A DNA stretch of 64,000 nt from Tubiluchus corallicola (GCA_030141605.1 JAQGDQ010000482.1:1-64000), one strand, 5' to 3'; positions 50,571-62,491 are shown, counted from the first letter of the stretch. The notes: generated from the sequence alone by a model not told the origin. Translations and numbers: made by a program.

Positions 50571-51819
50571 CTGAAAATAGGTTCTAGGTGTTAAACTGTA
50601 CTACTTGTACTATCAAGATACGACTGTAATTAGTTAACAACAATTTGACAGAAAGCAAGTATTCTTGGAAAACATGACAGCTTAAGGACAGATGATCGTA
50701 TTCCTACTTGCACTGATTTCTTAAACTAACATCTTTGAGTTAAGTAACTACAGCAATGGCAGCGATTTCATCAAAATAGCCAGAAGGAGCAAAACAACAA
50801 TGACAGTATCAGCAGCAACAAAGTGAAAAGAGGGATGGCAGTTAGAACGACAACGACAACACCGACAGTGATTCTACATTGATGATTCGTCTGTAATTTG
50901 TCTGCTAAAGAATTTGTCCTCACTATAAGAGATCCGGGAATTGATCCGGAAATTGAATTTGAAAATGCAGTTGCAGTTTTCCTCTGATTTTTTGGCACTT
51001 GCTCTTCTAGACAGCTCTTCAACGTTCACACAGTTTAGTTTCTTCAGATGAACCTGTTCACAATCTCAGCTCGAAACAGAGACCGATAATTGATGGCATT
51101 TAGTTTTCATTAAAACGTACATTCGATGAGCAACTTATTTGCTTTTCAACACTCTGGATGGTAAGATAAACAGGTAAACAGATATGCAGTTTATAAAATG
51201 CAATTGTAAATGTAACTAAAGATAAAGCACAAGAAAACACTGTTCATAATAAAACATAAAAATCCGTCTTGGAATTTTATATCAGTTGTATACTGTCTTA
51301 TTGCATACACAGCTTGTGCTAGCAGTAACGCTGTGCAAAACTTGTAACTTAAACTCCCACGATGACCGTGACGTGGAGACATTTTAACGTTGAGCCGTTT
51401 GCTACAAATTTAGATGGCATTGCTTAAAGAATAAAAGAATAATCAAAGCATTCGTACCACACTCTTCATTAATTAAGCAAAGATATAGATCACATAACCT
51501 TGCCAATAAGATCAATAACATCATTTTTTGGTGATACGGTTTTGCACACTGGCATGGTGATGCGGTGCTGTTTTTGCAGCAAATATTTTAAATGATTAAG
51601 AATTTTCTTTTCTAGGTATGTAAGTCATTCAAAGAGGTTAGCATAATGTTAAGTAACATAACTTTGCATGGAAAGCTGTTTGTGACATAATTTAAGATTC
51701 CCCCTTTTCCCTTTTAAGAAAAAAATGTGTTAAGGAAAGCAACAGATCATACATCATTGTTTAGTCTGCTGTACAAAATACAATTTTATAGAGCTATACT
51801 GGTAAACGCTGGATTCTAA

Positions 51820-52677
51820 TTAACCACGATATGATCCACCTCCACCGCCACCAAACAATCCACCATTCACTAATGAAACTATCTTCGTCTCTGTTTGGTA
51901 TCCGTGACCTCCCATGTCTCCATAGCCACTCGCCTGGGGGACGCTGCCACCGTAGCCCCCATGAGTTGTAGTGAGGGGCACCACAAAGCCCATGTCGTGA
52001 TGAACTTTTTCCTTCTTTCCACCGTATCCCTTTTCAACTGACGTGTAAGATCCTGAACTGAGGAGTTTTCCACCTCCGAAGTAACCATCGGATTTACCAC
52101 CATATATTGAACCGCGGCCATTCCCAGTGGAGCGCTGGACAGTGGTGTAACTGGTCAGTTTTTTCTTTCCTCCACCACCATAACCACCTCCCCCACCATA
52201 CCCACCACCATGGTCACCATAGCCACCACCACCACCGTGATCTCCATAACCTCCACCACCACCACCGTGATCCATATAACCTCCACCACCACCACCGTGA
52301 TCCATATAACCTCCACCACCATGGTCATCATAACCTCCACCACCACCGTGGTCACCATAGCCACCGCCACCGCCACCGCCACCACCATGGTCATCATAGC
52401 TGATTGACTCGTGACCACCGACAAATCCAGCATATTTTCCGGTCAAGCTCTTCTCTCCACCGTATCCGTAACCTTTCTGTTTCCAAACTCCAAAACCCAG
52501 TTTGAGAGCCACCGATCCTCCACCACCACCACCTTTGCCATGGCCACCGCCACCTCCGTACCCTCCACCGTGGTCACCGTAACCGGCTTCCTCATATGCA
52601 ATGGCATACTGGTGTACCGGCGGTGGAGGCGGAATGTCTCCAGTGTAGGAACGGTGTCCTTCGGAGTATGGCAATGT
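51820..52677 (-). CDS. Proximal copy (3a) of the terminal exon of the secreted Gly/Tyr/His-rich protein
   Basis: Same acceptor ctattttcag|ACA TTG CCA; near-identical to 49692-50570 apart from repeat number and a short stretch (SIYGGKSDG versus YIKGGGNSGG). Confidence 0.85.
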   Translation of the reverse strand, partial: TLPYSEGHRSYTGDIPPPPPVHQYAIAYEEAGYGDHGGGYGGGGGHGKGGGGGGSVALKLGFGVWKQKGYGYGGEKSLTGKYAGFVGGHESISYDDHGGGGGGGGGYGDHGGGGGYDDHGGGGYMDHGGGGGGYMDHGGGGGGYGDHGGGGGYGDHGGGYGGGGGYGGGGKKKLTSYTTVQRSTGNGRGSIYGGKSDGYFGGGKLLSSGSYTSVEKGYGGKKEKVHHDMGFVVPLTTTHGGYGGSVPQASGYGDMGGHGYQTETKIVSLVNGGLFGGGGGGSYRG

Positions 52678-53548
52678 CTGAAAATAGGTTGTTGAAATGC
52701 TCTAGACTTTATCTCACTGTTATGGAAGAGTGAACAGACAATTAACTTCAGCAGCTGTGGTGACAGAAACTTGAACAACAATCATGACAAGAACCTGACC
52801 GTCTTAGCAAGAAAGTTAAGAAACAGCATCATTATTTATGACATCATCAACAATCACAAACAGCTGCTGTAGGTGCAGTTACGATTACAGCTTTGATTAC
52901 ATTGGTAAACCAAAAGTCCCTAGTTCGAATCTAGCTCAATGTACACTTTTTCGAATTTTTTTCCTTGCCGTAAGACTTGGTTTCAAAAATGTAACATTTG
53001 TGGGTTCATTCTGCGTTCTATTAACATACTGTTTTATATGCATAGCCAGATTAACCTATAGGCTAGCATAGGCTGCAGCCTAGGGCCCCACAAACTTTGG
53101 CAACTTTCTGTAAAAATGTCCTTTTTTTCACAATGATTATGTTGAAAAATTGACAAGCACATTATAGCTAATCTAGTTTGCAGTACGAATGCGTTTAAAA
53201 AAATTGCAACAAGTTTACTCCAAGCTATGTAAATGTCGCTAAAATATATCACGAGTGAAAAAAATTCAGCACGGGTGTGGAAAGGGTGGCTCCTTCTGAA
53301 GGCCCCATGATTTCATTAGCCTATGGGCGCCCGTTGACATGGTGGGAAAAGTATTAAAAATCATTTTGTACCCCTAGATATGCATTGTAGTTAACTACTG
53401 CACAGTATGTACATGTGTCAAAGATCTACCACAAAAATTTCCAAAAAAGGAAATTTAGAGACAAAACTGCCCCTGATGGAGGCAATAATACAAGCAAGAA
53501 TTATATCAGATAGGCAGTTTACTAAAACTTTAATATCGGAAAACTTAC

Positions 53549-53731
53549 GCAAGATTTCTTCCTCACAATCCTACGGTTTGGCGGCTGGCCTACTGTAACC
53601 TTAGAAGTGTGAGGGACGCAGCCATACGGTTGAGGCTGGCCATAAGCTGGAGGATGAAGGTCTCCCGTGTAAGTGTGATGATTCCTTGTGAATGGAATCC
53701 CATGCGTTGCTGCATCTGATAGATGAACAAT
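53549..53731 (-). CDS. Exon 2 of the Gly/Tyr/His-rich protein (61 codons; this frame is not in the ORF track)
   Basis: tcttgttttctag|ATT...TGC|gtaagt, phase 0-0: IVHLSDAATHGIPFTRNHHTYTGDLHPPAYGQPQPYGCVPHTSKVTVGQPPNRRIVRKKSC. Confidence 0.82.
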
Positions 53732-53991
53732 CTAGAAAACAAGATAATATTGATGTCATTTGTTCACACAGTGATGAGTATGAACGCAGCTTTAGTTTGC
53801 GTGTTTTCTTACATGATGCTAGCAAACGTAGTGGCTACAGGTACATATTTGAATATTTATGTAACATTTTTTCACAAGTTAAGAAAAAAGAAACAGCTAT
53901 TAAACAACTGCGTAATCAGTGCTCAGTTATCCCAAGGCTTAGAAAAAGAAGAAGACATACCAAAAGTAGCACTTTATTAAATGAAACTTAC

Positions 53992-54042
53992 CACGCTTAA
54001 AAGGAAAGCAAATTCCTTCCATATTTCTCTACAACGAAACAT
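53992..54042 (-). CDS. Exon 1 of the Gly/Tyr/His-rich protein (MFRCREIWKEFAFLLSV)
   Basis: caagATG, 17 codons, donor GTG|gtaagt; with exon 2 it forms a signal peptide ..FAFLLSVIVHLSDA. Confidence 0.78.
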
Positions 54043-54170
54043 CTTGTACTGTACAAGATGGCGCACGAAATTCACATAAAAATATAGAGAAAGAATACCT
54101 AATATAACCTTTTCACTGAGCCATCGTAGAAGATAAAATTATTCTCGTTTATGAGGTGTGAAAACAGTCC

Positions 54171-54177
54171 TTTTATA
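54171..54177 (-). promoter_or_regulatory. Probable TATA box of the Gly/Tyr/His-rich gene
   Basis: gcTATAAAAgg on the minus strand ~130 nt upstream of the ATG. Confidence 0.55.
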
Positions 54178-54586
54178 GCGTCCTAGTAATGTCAATTTAA
54201 TTGTTAATCACAGCTAATTAAACTTAATAAGATTTGTGCAATGAAAGTAATAGGATAGTCTTTTGTTTAACTATGAATTAAGAGCAGGGCAGAGGCAGCT
54301 GTTTTTATTAAGCAGATTAAAGTGAAGTGAAAAAACTTTAAAATGTGTCAACAAACTTTGTACTTATATTTCGTTACGAATTTTGATACATGATAGAGCG
54401 CTCCTTTACTTTCTTTTACAAAAAACTGCAGTAGGATGGCCTATGACTCCACCGTTCATGAATCCGCCCACTTTAAACAGTTAATCGGTTTCACTTTCTG
54501 TTCTCTTTACTAACTGGTTACACCGGTTTAACCGGTTCTGGTTAATCGGCGTGAGAACTAGGTTCCAAAGAGAAAGGGAAACTTAT

Positions 54587-54862
54587 TGTTTTTGTTGTTG
54601 TTGTTGTTGTCCTTGTTGTTGTTGTTGTTGTCGTCGTCGTTGTTGTTGTTGTCGTCGTCGTTGTTGTTGTTGCTGTTGTTATTGCTGCTGCCGTTATTGT
54701 CGCTGTTGTTGTTGTTGTTGCTGTTGCTGATGTTGTTGTTGTTGTTGTCCTTGTCCTAGTCGTTGTCGTTGTTGTTATCATCGCTGTTGTTGTCGTTGTT
54801 GTTGTTGTTGTCGTCGTCGTTATTGTCGTTGCTGTTGTTGCTGCTGTTACTGTTGCTGTTAC
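54587..54862. repeat. Degenerate (GTT/GTC/GCT)n
   Basis: Directly visible. Confidence 0.92.
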
Positions 54863-55999
54863 CGATATATGAGCTGAAATTATTCCGCCAGTCTAAGAAT
54901 TGTAGTTCCATAGTCCCACAAACGCTACCTACCAAAACCAAAGCTAAAATTTTATTTAAACGCCCTTTGGATTTTTCTGGTGTAAAACTGTGGAACTGTG
55001 GAACCACTAGAAGTGACTGATGTCAATAGCGTCAATGCTTTTAAGTTACGATTTAAAAAATGCTAACGGCAAATCTTTACTAAAGTGCATAGATTGTGCC
55101 TTCTGGCATATATTTTCTTATTTAAATTGTTTTCAAATTATTTTCTAAAACGGATTTATGACTCGGAATTTCGAATTGGTTTTTCAACTGTTTAAAACTG
55201 TAGATTTTATGACTGGGTATTTTCAGTTCTTGCAATGTACATTGTTTCCGTAATATTATTTTGCTTTGTGGACAACTTTGGAAATAACTAAATGTTTACA
55301 ATTGTTTGTTAAAGCACAAGAAAACCCTCCACTTACGTAAAGGTTAAAAATTCGTCTTGAAATTTTCTATCACTTACGTACAGCCATTTTCCATACAGGA
55401 CTTGTGTCGGCAGTAACGTTGTATGAAATTTGTAAATTTAAACTCCCGCGATGACCGTTAGACGCAGCAATTTTGACGATAGGTCATTTGTAACAAGTCT
55501 AAATAATAACACTGAGTAAAGTTTGAAAAAAATATCAGAGCATTCGTAGCGCACACGTCACTAACTATATTTATTCCAAGAGATGCAAGTTCGCGTGTGA
55601 CATGTCGTTTATATCTGTATCTATACATGACATAGGCCTCGAGTAAAATTAGATATATAGTTAATTGAGCCTACTACTAAAATTAGGCCTATTGCTGGCA
55701 TAAACTTGCATAAAGACATAGGTACAAGCATGCATTAATATCACAGCTTTAAGTGCAACAATCTGTCCAGATAATGACTACTTCTGGAAGCGGTAAGCCC
55801 ACACGTTGCCGTTCCAGAATTTACTTTTAGCTCAGACCACCCAGACGCGTGTTTGGTATTTTTGGTCTTTGGACCAATATACTTTAATAACCTCTAATTT
55901 ACTATTTAATTATTTTGAAAGTTTAAAAATTAATGCCGTACAAAAGTATAGCGTGATTTGCCTCCGTGTACCGGCTGCTGCGTGCTGAGCGTTTCCTTG

Positions 56000-56068
56000 G
56001 GGCGCGTCCAATAGATGTAACAGCCGGCAGTGACGTCATATACAGGGCCAAAGTAGTCAAAATGGCGG
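56000..56068 (+). promoter_or_regulatory. Proximal promoter motifs: CCAAT box, full CRE (TGACGTCA) and YY1-like AAAATGGCG at the start codon
   Basis: gcgcgtCCAATag at ~56008, TGACGTCA at 56031-56038, caAAATGGCG at 56059-56067. Confidence 0.55.
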
Positions 56069-56152
56069 TATGCATGGATGTTTTTGTTTTGCATCTTGCA
56101 AAACGGGGATTATTAAGCCTTTTTCTGATTGTTTTGTGCGCCATTCAATTTG
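56062..56152 (+). CDS. First coding exon of an unidentified secreted or membrane protein
   Basis: aaaATGG Kozak context; MAVCMDVFVLHLAKRGLLSLFLIVLCAIQF is a hydrophobic leader; donor TTG|gtaagt, phase 1. Confidence 0.7.
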
Positions 56153-57506
56153 GTAAGTACAACAACAAAGTTGCAAGTTATAGGGTATAGTAAGAATCTT
56201 TTCTTTAACGCACATGTGATTCAGAAAATGATTTTGTAGGCGACTATAAACTGTTTTGAATTTTGGAAACTAACTGTAGTTAGTGTCCAGCAGTTTAAGT
56301 CTATGGTTGGCTTCAAGACGTGGATTGCTTTATCAAGCGCTTAGCTAGAGATTTCAATTGCCTTGTTCTTGTATGGTCAATCGCAAGCGAAAAATTTAAT
56401 AGAAAACATGAGTTTAATAAGAAGCTTAACACAAGGTTAATCTACCGTAGTCAGTTCAACGAAAATTCACGACTTTTCTGCAAAATGAGTATCCTGCTGT
56501 TCGCTTCATGGTGTTTTCCACAGTCTTTAGTATAACTGAACACAATCTCATGGCTTTGTGTTTTGAACTGAAACTTGAAGAACATGCCATTCTGTGCCAA
56601 CTGATGTCTTAGAGGATGAGCTATTAAGCTTCCTGGTTCATATTGCCACACTATAGGCACGGTACCACTGGTGGGTCAACTTATAGGTTCTAAATGTATT
56701 TCAAAATAAATTAATAATCATAGTCAAAATATTGAATTATTATTCCACAGCAAATCGAACATATAAACAAACATACAAATTGTTATTACATTATAAAATA
56801 AAATAAAATAAACGAGTCACTGTGAGGAGGAAGAAGGAGCATTATGCTTTCGAGCCTTCCTCCAGAGAAGTGGAACAATTGACAATTAACATTAAATAGT
56901 ATTTTCATCAGTTATAATGTACATTAGAACAAAATAAGCTTTGTTAGTAACTTAAGATCAGGATGAGTAAAATTGTGAGTTAATTATACCGTTGTAGTAA
57001 GTAATTCTTTGTTGCTCTTTAAAATTGATAAAGACTAAGAGTTTTCATTTCACGTGGAATTGATGACCATATTTTAATAGCATTATATTTTGATGACTGT
57101 TTCATTGAAAAATGGACTCGGGCTCTAAGGACATATAATGGAAAAATACAGTAAAACATGAAGATTTTTATGTTTCATTGTTAATCTTGCCCTGAAAATA
57201 GCCATCTATTTCTGTCCTGATGTTGTTATCAGGTGGTAATGAGAGTCATTATCTAAGTGACGGAATAATGAAATTTTATAAATATCCTTTCTAAAATCCC
57301 TCTTCATGTTTCACTTCTGAATTTCATTACTTTCAAAGCAGTAAATTGGGGAATCGATTCCGGATCCAGCTCAGAAACCAGAATTGTGTTTGTTGGTGTC
57401 ATGCCCAGCCCTCTGCTGACAGGAGTGATTATAGGTCTTGTTGCAATAAGAACGTGTTGATAAAAAGCTAAAAATGATCAGTAAAAGTAGTCGTTTAATT
57501 GCTTAA

Positions 57507-58070
57507 AGGAAAACAGTATGATTTTTCATATCCTACCCCATTTTCCAGTATGGTAAAAAGTGTACATTTTAACAGGTGCCAATAATAATGCAAAAGCATT
57601 TCTGATAATTAAATAATAGATTAAAATCCTTATTAACGGCGGGCAAGCCCAACTGTTGATGACATCACAAACTAGCATTTTTCAACAGCAAAAATATTTC
57701 GTGAGGGTGTTGCACATGTTTGTGAAAGCGAAAATTCGACTGTAAGAGATTCAATGTGTTGTACTAAAACTCGACAAGTTTTAATATAAAATTTAAAATT
57801 TGCCACTGTGCTCATTCATGCACTGTCAAACGCATGTACTACATCGCAGACGAGCACTTCATGAACTGAGAGGTACAACACCTGTTTTTTGTGCAATGTG
57901 TTTCCGACGTGCAGGCGCTAGTGCCCATCTAACTAGCGAGAATGACGAGGTGCATGTAACAGCGAAGAGTTTACGTTTCTGTGAAAATAATTTTTTCCTG
58001 TAAGTTATTTTTGAAATAATAGTATGTTTCCTTTTAATATTTTAATGAGTAGATTGCTTTGAGCTATAGT
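57507..58070. mobile_element. Kolobok-like MITE family A, copy 1 (3' end cut by family B)
   Basis: Starts TTAA|AGGAAAACAG and is colinear with 58852-59451 up to gagctatag. Confidence 0.7.
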
Positions 58071-58074
58071 TTAA

Positions 58075-58692
58075 AGGACAAGAAAAGGGGCACCTGAAGT
58101 AGGTTTCAGAAAAATCGCCTTAAAAAATTATATTACTTTACAGCAATTTTATGCAGATATCGTATTCGCGTTGAAAGCAATTTTCATTTGTTTGCATTTT
58201 AAATCTCCCGCAATATTATTCCGACGTCGCCATTACATGATGTCACTACGCCACGTAAATCAGAGGAAGAAAAGGCAATGTTAAATTATTTCCCAAAAAA
58301 CTTTCCGTGCAAATCTATATTACTTAGCATTTCACTTACCTGCTGTAAAGACTTTCGTAACTAGACTAATAATTTAAAATGTTTGTGCCAATTAGTAAAA
58401 TGTCGTTGACTCACCCTCCAGGGTGCGCCACTCACTAGCCAAAAACGTATTTTTAATCTTATTGACAAGATACAGTAATTTAAAATTTTACTTAATTAGC
58501 AGCATGTATGCTACGAATGCTCTGATTATTTTTTCAAACTTTACTCAACGTTATCAAAACTTGTTTCAAACGGCCTACTATTAAAATGGCTGTGCCTAGC
58601 AGTCATCGCAGGAGTTTAAATTTGCACGTTTTATACAGCATTGCGGCCAATGCATTTCGAGACGAATTTTTTAAGCTTTATGTAAGTGGAGG
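58075..58692. mobile_element. Kolobok-like family B, copy 1 (partial)
   Basis: Starts TTAA|AGGACAAGAAAAGGGGCACC and is colinear with 60156-61948; related fragments at ~14125-14270 and inverted at ~55420-55550 and ~51335-51470. Confidence 0.7.
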
Positions 58693-58851
58693 GTTTTCTT
58701 GTGCTTTAAGATTGGTTCCGGTTTGTTGATGATTCCACTACAAGCATCCACACACTGAGTAGGCACTGCTGTAGACTACTGTATTCTTGAATTCTTACAG
58801 AATTCCACATTGTGTTATAAATCAAATCACGTAATAAGATCTTCACATTAA

Positions 58852-59451
58852 AGGAGAACAGGATGATTTTGTCATATCACATCCCATTTTGTAGTACGGT
58901 AAAATGTGTACATTTTAATACCTATAATAATGCCAAAGTGTTTTTTATAATTAAATGGTAGGCTAGAAACTTATTTAATAAATGGCCTATGAGCCCAGTT
59001 AGTTGTGACTTCACAAGTGAACAGAATTTTCAACAGCACAAGTGTTTCATGAGTTTGATGCACATGCTTGCAAAACCAAAAGTTGAAGGACACTGCTACT
59101 GTACAACATTCACGGTGATATACAAACCTAGGCAAATTTTTAGTTTAAAATGCAAAGTTCAAGTTTACCGTTGTGCTCATGCATGAGCTCTCATATGCGT
59201 GTACTATGTCACAACCGAACACTTCTGAACTGACAGCGCTTGTTGTTTTCCAACGTGTTTCCGAGATGTAAGTGCTAGTGCCCATCTAACCGGCTAGCGC
59301 CGTAGTACACGTAATTATGAAAAACTAGCTGATTGCATTTCTGTAGTAATAATTCGGTCACATAAGTCCTTCTGGAAGAAACTGTATATCCCTTTCAATA
59401 TTTTATAGAGTAGATTGTGTTGAGCTATAATTTATCGAGTCCAGTTTTCCT
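58852..59451. mobile_element. Kolobok-like MITE family A, complete copy
   Basis: TTAA on both sides; termini AGGAGAACAGG / CCAGTTTTCCT. Confidence 0.75.
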
Positions 59452-59460
59452 TTAAGAGTA

Positions 59461-59886
59461 CAGTCAACCTCGGTATAAGGGTCCACCAACACCGGTCCCG
59501 ATTTTTCGTAACATTTTTCCTATATAAAAATCTTCGTATATAAGGTACTCGGATATAAGGGACTTTCGGTTATAGGGGACGATATCTTCAGGTCCAGCAT
59601 AATAGAAACCCACGTAAATTACCTCGCTTATATATTTTTCGCAAACTCGGCCTTCGAACAACTCGGTTTCCATGGTCATGTACATCTTGCATCGCTGAAG
59701 GAGCTTCCTACATACCGTTTGCACTGAATGTTTAGCAATAATCCATAAAAATATGGGTAAAAGTGCAATAAAGTACAGGTCTAGATACACCCTCGGTCAG
59801 CCTCAACTTTGGCTATAATTGACATGGGATATAAAAGATGATTTTTTTCCTGGTGCTGAGGTGTCCCTTATATCCAAGGTTGACTG
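59461..59886. mobile_element. Tc1/mariner-pogo-type MITE
   Basis: TA|CAGTCAACCTCGGTATAAGGG ... CCCTTATATCCAAGGTTGACTG|tg. Confidence 0.75.
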
Positions 59887-60155
59887 TGTATTATGCTGTA
59901 CCGTATGCATCTCCGATCTATAACTTCAGCTGATCTGTTCCAGTCATTCGCTCAATCCGTCTGCTTGCTGTTAGTACATAAAAACCATTTTAATTCAGCA
60001 ATGCAAGCATTACATTCTAGTGAACTGAATGTTATGGTTTAATCAATAATTTGAGCTGGCTTGAAGGATTGGACTGCATTTGTTGAGGTGGTTAAATACT
60101 GTGTTATGTGCTTTCTCAGAAATGTGAGATAGACCGGCATAGAGGTTTGGCTTAA

Positions 60156-61948
60156 AGGACAAGAAAAGGGGCACCTGAAGTAGGTTTCAGAAAAATTGCC
60201 TTAAAAAATTATACTACTTTACAGCTATTTTATGCACATATCGTATTCGCATTGAAAGGAATTTTCGTTTGTTTTCATTTTAAATCTCCTGCAATACTGA
60301 CGCACTGCATTACATGACGTCATTTCAAGAGTTTTCAAGAGTTTTATTCATTTTCCACATTGCATCATTACAATTAGCATTAAAATACAGATAATTTTCC
60401 ATTTGAGTAAATATAAATATAAATATGAATAAATGCAATATTATTAAGAAATTTCATAATGCGGGATATACATGTGCAAATTTCATTACAGAATAATTTT
60501 TTGATGCATACAGTTTGAGCCTAAAAGCATAGCTTGACAGGCCAAACTGTATGTGGAAATCTTAAAAAAAAATGGGGGGGGGAGTAGTGAATGAAAGATG
60601 AAATGGAGCGAGAAACTAAGAAAAACTGTGATCATGGTTACAAAGTGTTCAGTATCCTGTTAAACATAGTCACGTTATATTAAGATTACTGTAGCAAAAA
60701 ATGCAGGTTATTACCATTATCAAATTGTGTTACTCTTCAATACTTTTGAAATATTTCTTTTCTGACGGTTTTTTTAAAAGTTAAAAGGGAGTGACTACAT
60801 TTCGAATTGCGGCTTAGTCTGTTCCATAGGACTGGCCCCATATAGCTGATGAAGTGTTTCGCCATATTTGTTCTACAACGTCTTGGTATATATTCATTAT
60901 GTCTGGTATTGTATTTTTTTACATTTATCTTGACTGGATTTTCAAAAAAAGTTGGAAATAAGTTGTTGTTGGTTCTATACATGTATATACATCCATTAAA
61001 ATTAATAACATCATCCAGAAGTAATATTTGACATTGCTTAAAATGTGTAGTAGTAATTGTGCTCCTTTTGTCTAGTTTGAAGATGACACGTAAAAATTTT
61101 CGTTGTAAAACTCTTAAGCATTCTAAATTTGTAGTATAAGTAAAGCCCCATAATGTTGTGCAGTAATTTAAATATGATAATATTAAACTGTTGTATAATG
61201 TTAGAAGATGTTCGGTGTTCAGAAAGTTTTTAATATATGAGATGATACCTATATTTTTTGATATTTTTAATCTGATCATGAATATATGTGGTCGCCAGTC
61301 TAGATGCTCATTCAGTATTAATCCCAGAAATTTCAGTTCTTTTACACGTGTAATTCTTTTATGGTCTATTATTAAATCGTGGTTCGCCTGAATTGGTTTA
61401 TTTCGGATCTAAACAGAATGTATTTTGTTTTTGATGAATTTAGTGAAAGTTTATTTGTTTTGATTACCCCACGTAAATCAGGGGAAGAAAGGGCAATGTT
61501 AAATTATGACCCAAAAAACTTTCTGTGCAAATCTGTATTGCTTAGCATTTCGCTTACCTGTCCGGAAAGACTTATTTACTCGACTAATAATTTAAAATGT
61601 TTGTGCTAATTGGTAAAATGTCACTGACTCACTCTCCAGGGTGCACCACTCACTAACCCAAACGCATTTTTAATCTTATTGACAAGATACAGTAATTTAA
61701 AATTTTACTTTGTTAGTAACATGTATGCTACGAATGCTCTGATTATTTTTTCAAACTTTACTTGATGTTATCAAAACTTGTTTCAAATGACCTACCATTA
61801 AATTGGCTGCACCTAATGGGCATCGCTGGAGTTTAAATTTACACGTTTTATACAGCGTTACGGCCTATGCAAACCATGCATGCGAAAACGTAGTGAGTAA
61901 GTCGTATAAAATTTCGAGACGAATTTTTTAAGCTTTATGTAAGTGGAG
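60156..61948. mobile_element. Kolobok-like family B, copy 2, split by a LINE insertion
   Basis: Matches 58075-58245 up to ~60323 and resumes at ~61464 (accccacgtaaatcaggggaag, compare 58247). Confidence 0.75.
60324..61463 (-). mobile_element. 5'-truncated CR1/L2-group LINE with 3'UTR and short tandem tail
   Basis: KTNKLSLNSSKTKYILF..KFLGLILNEHLDW..ISKNIGII..LYNSLILSYLNYCTTLWG..LQRKFLRVI..YMGPVLWNRL; tail (aaactcttga)x2. Confidence 0.88.
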
Positions 61949-62491
61949 GACATCACTTGTGATGTCATCACTAACTGCGCTTGCTCGTCATCACTTGTGA
62001 TGTCGTCACTAACTGTGCTTGCTCATCATCACTTGTGATCAAAATAAGTATTTTAATCGGTTTAAAAAAATTAATGTAATGTAAAGTTAATGATATTAAT
62101 AATGCGAAATGCAACAGGATAGAAAGACTTTAAAGTGCTTGTATTTTTAGTGCTAATTTATCAGTATTCACAACTTTTCATAGGTCAGATTAAACCTCTA
62201 AACAAGAAAAGAGGAATGTAGCAGCTAGCAGTCTTTTTTGTTATAATTTGTCAAGCATTGTAACCAACAAGGAACTATTAGATTTGTAATAAACAATTTC
62301 ATAGTTTTGTTGTGCACACGTGTAGTTGCTGTAGGTCAGAGGTTAAGTGTACCATAGTAGTGCAACTTAACTACCACTGTCATGTGACATGTGGGTAAAG
62401 CAAAGCCGTCTGCCGTCGGCATACTAACTTCAGTTGTTTAACATGGAATTTACTTAGTTATGAATTAGTCTGTGTGTAGAGTGACTTACAG

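Noticed and set aside
50771-51022. Hydrophobic ORF as a private first exon for the distal Gly-rich exon
   Set aside because: No ATG or suitable donor, no similarity to exons 1-2, and it derives from degenerate (GTT/GCT)-type sequence.
57339-57460. Candidate second exon of the + gene (AVNWGIDSGSSSETRIV...)
   Set aside because: It runs into a stop without a clear donor and contains gaatcgattccgga, which looks like a repeat remnant.
58700-58830. WFRFVDD motif suggesting a Penelope-like RT remnant
   Set aside because: Too short and degraded to support a call.
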